NCBI RefSeq assembly: GCF_003334385.1 | Contig: NZ_QOWN01000234.1 | Direction: 5' to 3' (one strand) | DNA length: 201 bases | Source of the DNA: Escherichia coli | Lineage (GTDB): Bacteria > Pseudomonadota > Gammaproteobacteria > Enterobacterales > Enterobacteriaceae | Position numbers and translations under genes: made by a program | Notes under the pieces: generated by a model | The model's database searches: none | Told to the model about the DNA's origin: nothing | The model's input: the letters and a program-made list of their open reading frames with translations, nothing else | Shown: positions 1 through 201 of the stretch, piece by piece | Layout of the letters: each line of letters begins with the position of its first letter | Numbering within the stretch: position 1 is the stretch's first letter

Positions 1-53
1 GACACCGCCCTTTCACGGCGGTAACAGGGGTTCGAATCCCCTAGGGGACGCCA
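1..53 (+). tRNA. gltT: tRNA-Glu (anticodon UUC), partial: 5' end lies before the window; 3' end with encoded CCA at 51-53. Spacer tRNA of an rRNA operon (gltT/gltU/gltV/gltW family; the exact copy cannot be assigned).
   Basis: Seen in sequence: anticodon stem CCGCC (5-9) pairs with GGCGG (17-21) around the 7-nt loop CTTTCAC (10-16), placing TTC at 12-14. T-stem AGGGG (26-30) pairs with CCCCT (38-42) around the loop TTCGAAT (31-37), which carries the conserved T-loop motif. The 3' acceptor strand AGGGGAC is 43-49, discriminator G at 50, CCA at 51-53. The whole stretch matches my recollection of E. coli tRNA-Glu from about its position 24 onward. Gene symbol is a family placeholder, since the four rrn-linked copies are identical in the tRNA itself. 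Confidence 0.95.
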
Positions 54-86
54 CTTGCTGGTTTGTGAGTGAAAGTCACCTGCCTT

Positions 87-126
87 AATATCTCAAAACT
101 CATCTTCGGGTGATGTTTGAGATATT
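87..126 (+). promoter_or_regulatory. boxB-like stem-loop of the spacer antitermination region: long imperfect hairpin capped by a C(UUCG)G tetraloop.
   Basis: Seen in sequence: the outer stem AATATCTCAAA (87-97) pairs with TTTGAGATATT (116-126), 11 bp. A 2x2 internal mismatch follows (A98/C99 opposite T114/G115). The inner stem TCAT C (100-104) pairs with G GTGA (109-113), including one G-U pair (103:110). The loop is TTCG (105-108) closed by C104:G109. Its position directly upstream of boxA matches the boxB-boxA arrangement of rrn antitermination regions. The functional assignment is inference. Confidence 0.65.
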
Positions 127-141
127 TGCTCTTTAAAAATC
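127..141 (+). promoter_or_regulatory. boxA antitermination element (spacer copy) of an rRNA operon; RNA binding site for NusB/NusE(S10) in the rrn antitermination complex.
   Basis: Seen in sequence: TGCTCTTTAAAAATC at 127-141, which closely matches the rrn boxA core (leader form TGCTCTTTAACAATTTA) and the spacer boxA as I recall it. It sits right after a hairpin and inside an rRNA-operon spacer, as expected. Confidence 0.8.
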
Positions 142-167
142 TGGATCAAGCTGAAAATTGAAACACT

Positions 168-185
168 GAACAACGAAAGTTGTTC
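168..185 (+). other. Short hairpin with a GNRA (GAAA) tetraloop in the pre-23S spacer; probable structural or processing element of the rRNA precursor.
   Basis: Seen in sequence: GAACAAC (168-174) pairs with GTTGTTC (179-185), 7 perfect Watson-Crick bp, with loop GAAA (175-178). A T167:G186 wobble could extend it. Function is inferred. Confidence 0.55.
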
Positions 186-201
186 GTGAGTCTCTCAAAT
201 T

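Larger units (their letters stand above)
54..201 (+). other. 16S-23S rRNA internal transcribed spacer (tRNA-Glu type), the part between tRNA-Glu and the 23S rRNA gene; transcribed, non-coding, removed during rRNA processing.
   Basis: Lies directly 3' of a spacer-type tRNA-Glu, has no ORF of meaningful length, is AT-rich with structured hairpins, and contains a boxA motif. The sequence resembles the E. coli rrn spacer as I recall it. The mature 23S 5' end (GGTTAAGCGACTAAGCG...) is not in the window, so the 23S gene should begin some tens of bases downstream. Confidence 0.85.

Noticed and set aside
65-79. Small potential hairpin GTGA (65-68) pairing with TCAC (76-79), with a 7-nt loop.
   Set aside because: Only 4 bp with a large loop. 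That is not distinguishable from chance pairing without covariation evidence.
87-135. Hairpin followed by a T-rich tract, superficially resembling a rho-independent terminator.
   Set aside because: The downstream tract (TTGCTCTTTAAAAA) is interrupted rather than a clean U-run and is itself the boxA antitermination motif. The hairpin is long and imperfect rather than a compact GC-rich terminator stem, and transcription must read through here into 23S rRNA.
113-136. Short ORF on the + strand: ATG at 113 followed by TTT GAG ATA TTT GCT CTT and TAA at 134-136 (7 codons).
   Set aside because: Far too short, no convincing Shine-Dalgarno sequence upstream, and it lies across a conserved RNA hairpin and boxA inside an rRNA operon spacer. 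This is a chance ATG...TAA in AT-rich non-coding RNA.
151-170. Short direct repeats of TGAAA or CTGAA (151-156, 159-163, 166-170), and CTCAAA at 92-97 and 194-199.
   Set aside because: Units of 5-6 nt in AT-rich sequence are expected by chance. There is no regular spacing or longer repeat unit to suggest a CRISPR array, iterons or a tandem repeat.
1-201. Possibility of a hidden novel system (defence island, toxin-antitoxin, small regulatory RNA gene).
   Set aside because: The whole window is accounted for by tRNA-Glu plus the rrn spacer with its known antitermination and structural elements. Reverse-strand reading shows no plausible ORF or promoter-terminator-bounded unit. Claiming novelty here would not be supported by the sequence.

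Overview
This window is not a novel system. It is a segment of the 16S-23S internal transcribed spacer of an enterobacterial (E. coli-like) rRNA operon. Bases 1-53 are the 3' two-thirds of a spacer tRNA-Glu(UUC), truncated at the window's 5' edge, with an encoded CCA at 51-53. Bases 54-201 are non-coding spacer that would lead into the 23S rRNA gene downstream of the window. In the spacer I can read a 40-nt imperfect hairpin capped by a C(UUCG)G tetraloop (87-126), immediately followed by a boxA-type antitermination motif TGCTCTTTAAAAATC (127-141), and a smaller GAAA-capped hairpin (168-185). There is no protein-coding region, CRISPR array or mobile element. All calls rest on reading the sequence and on recalled knowledge of E. 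coli rrn operons; no search or folding program was run.
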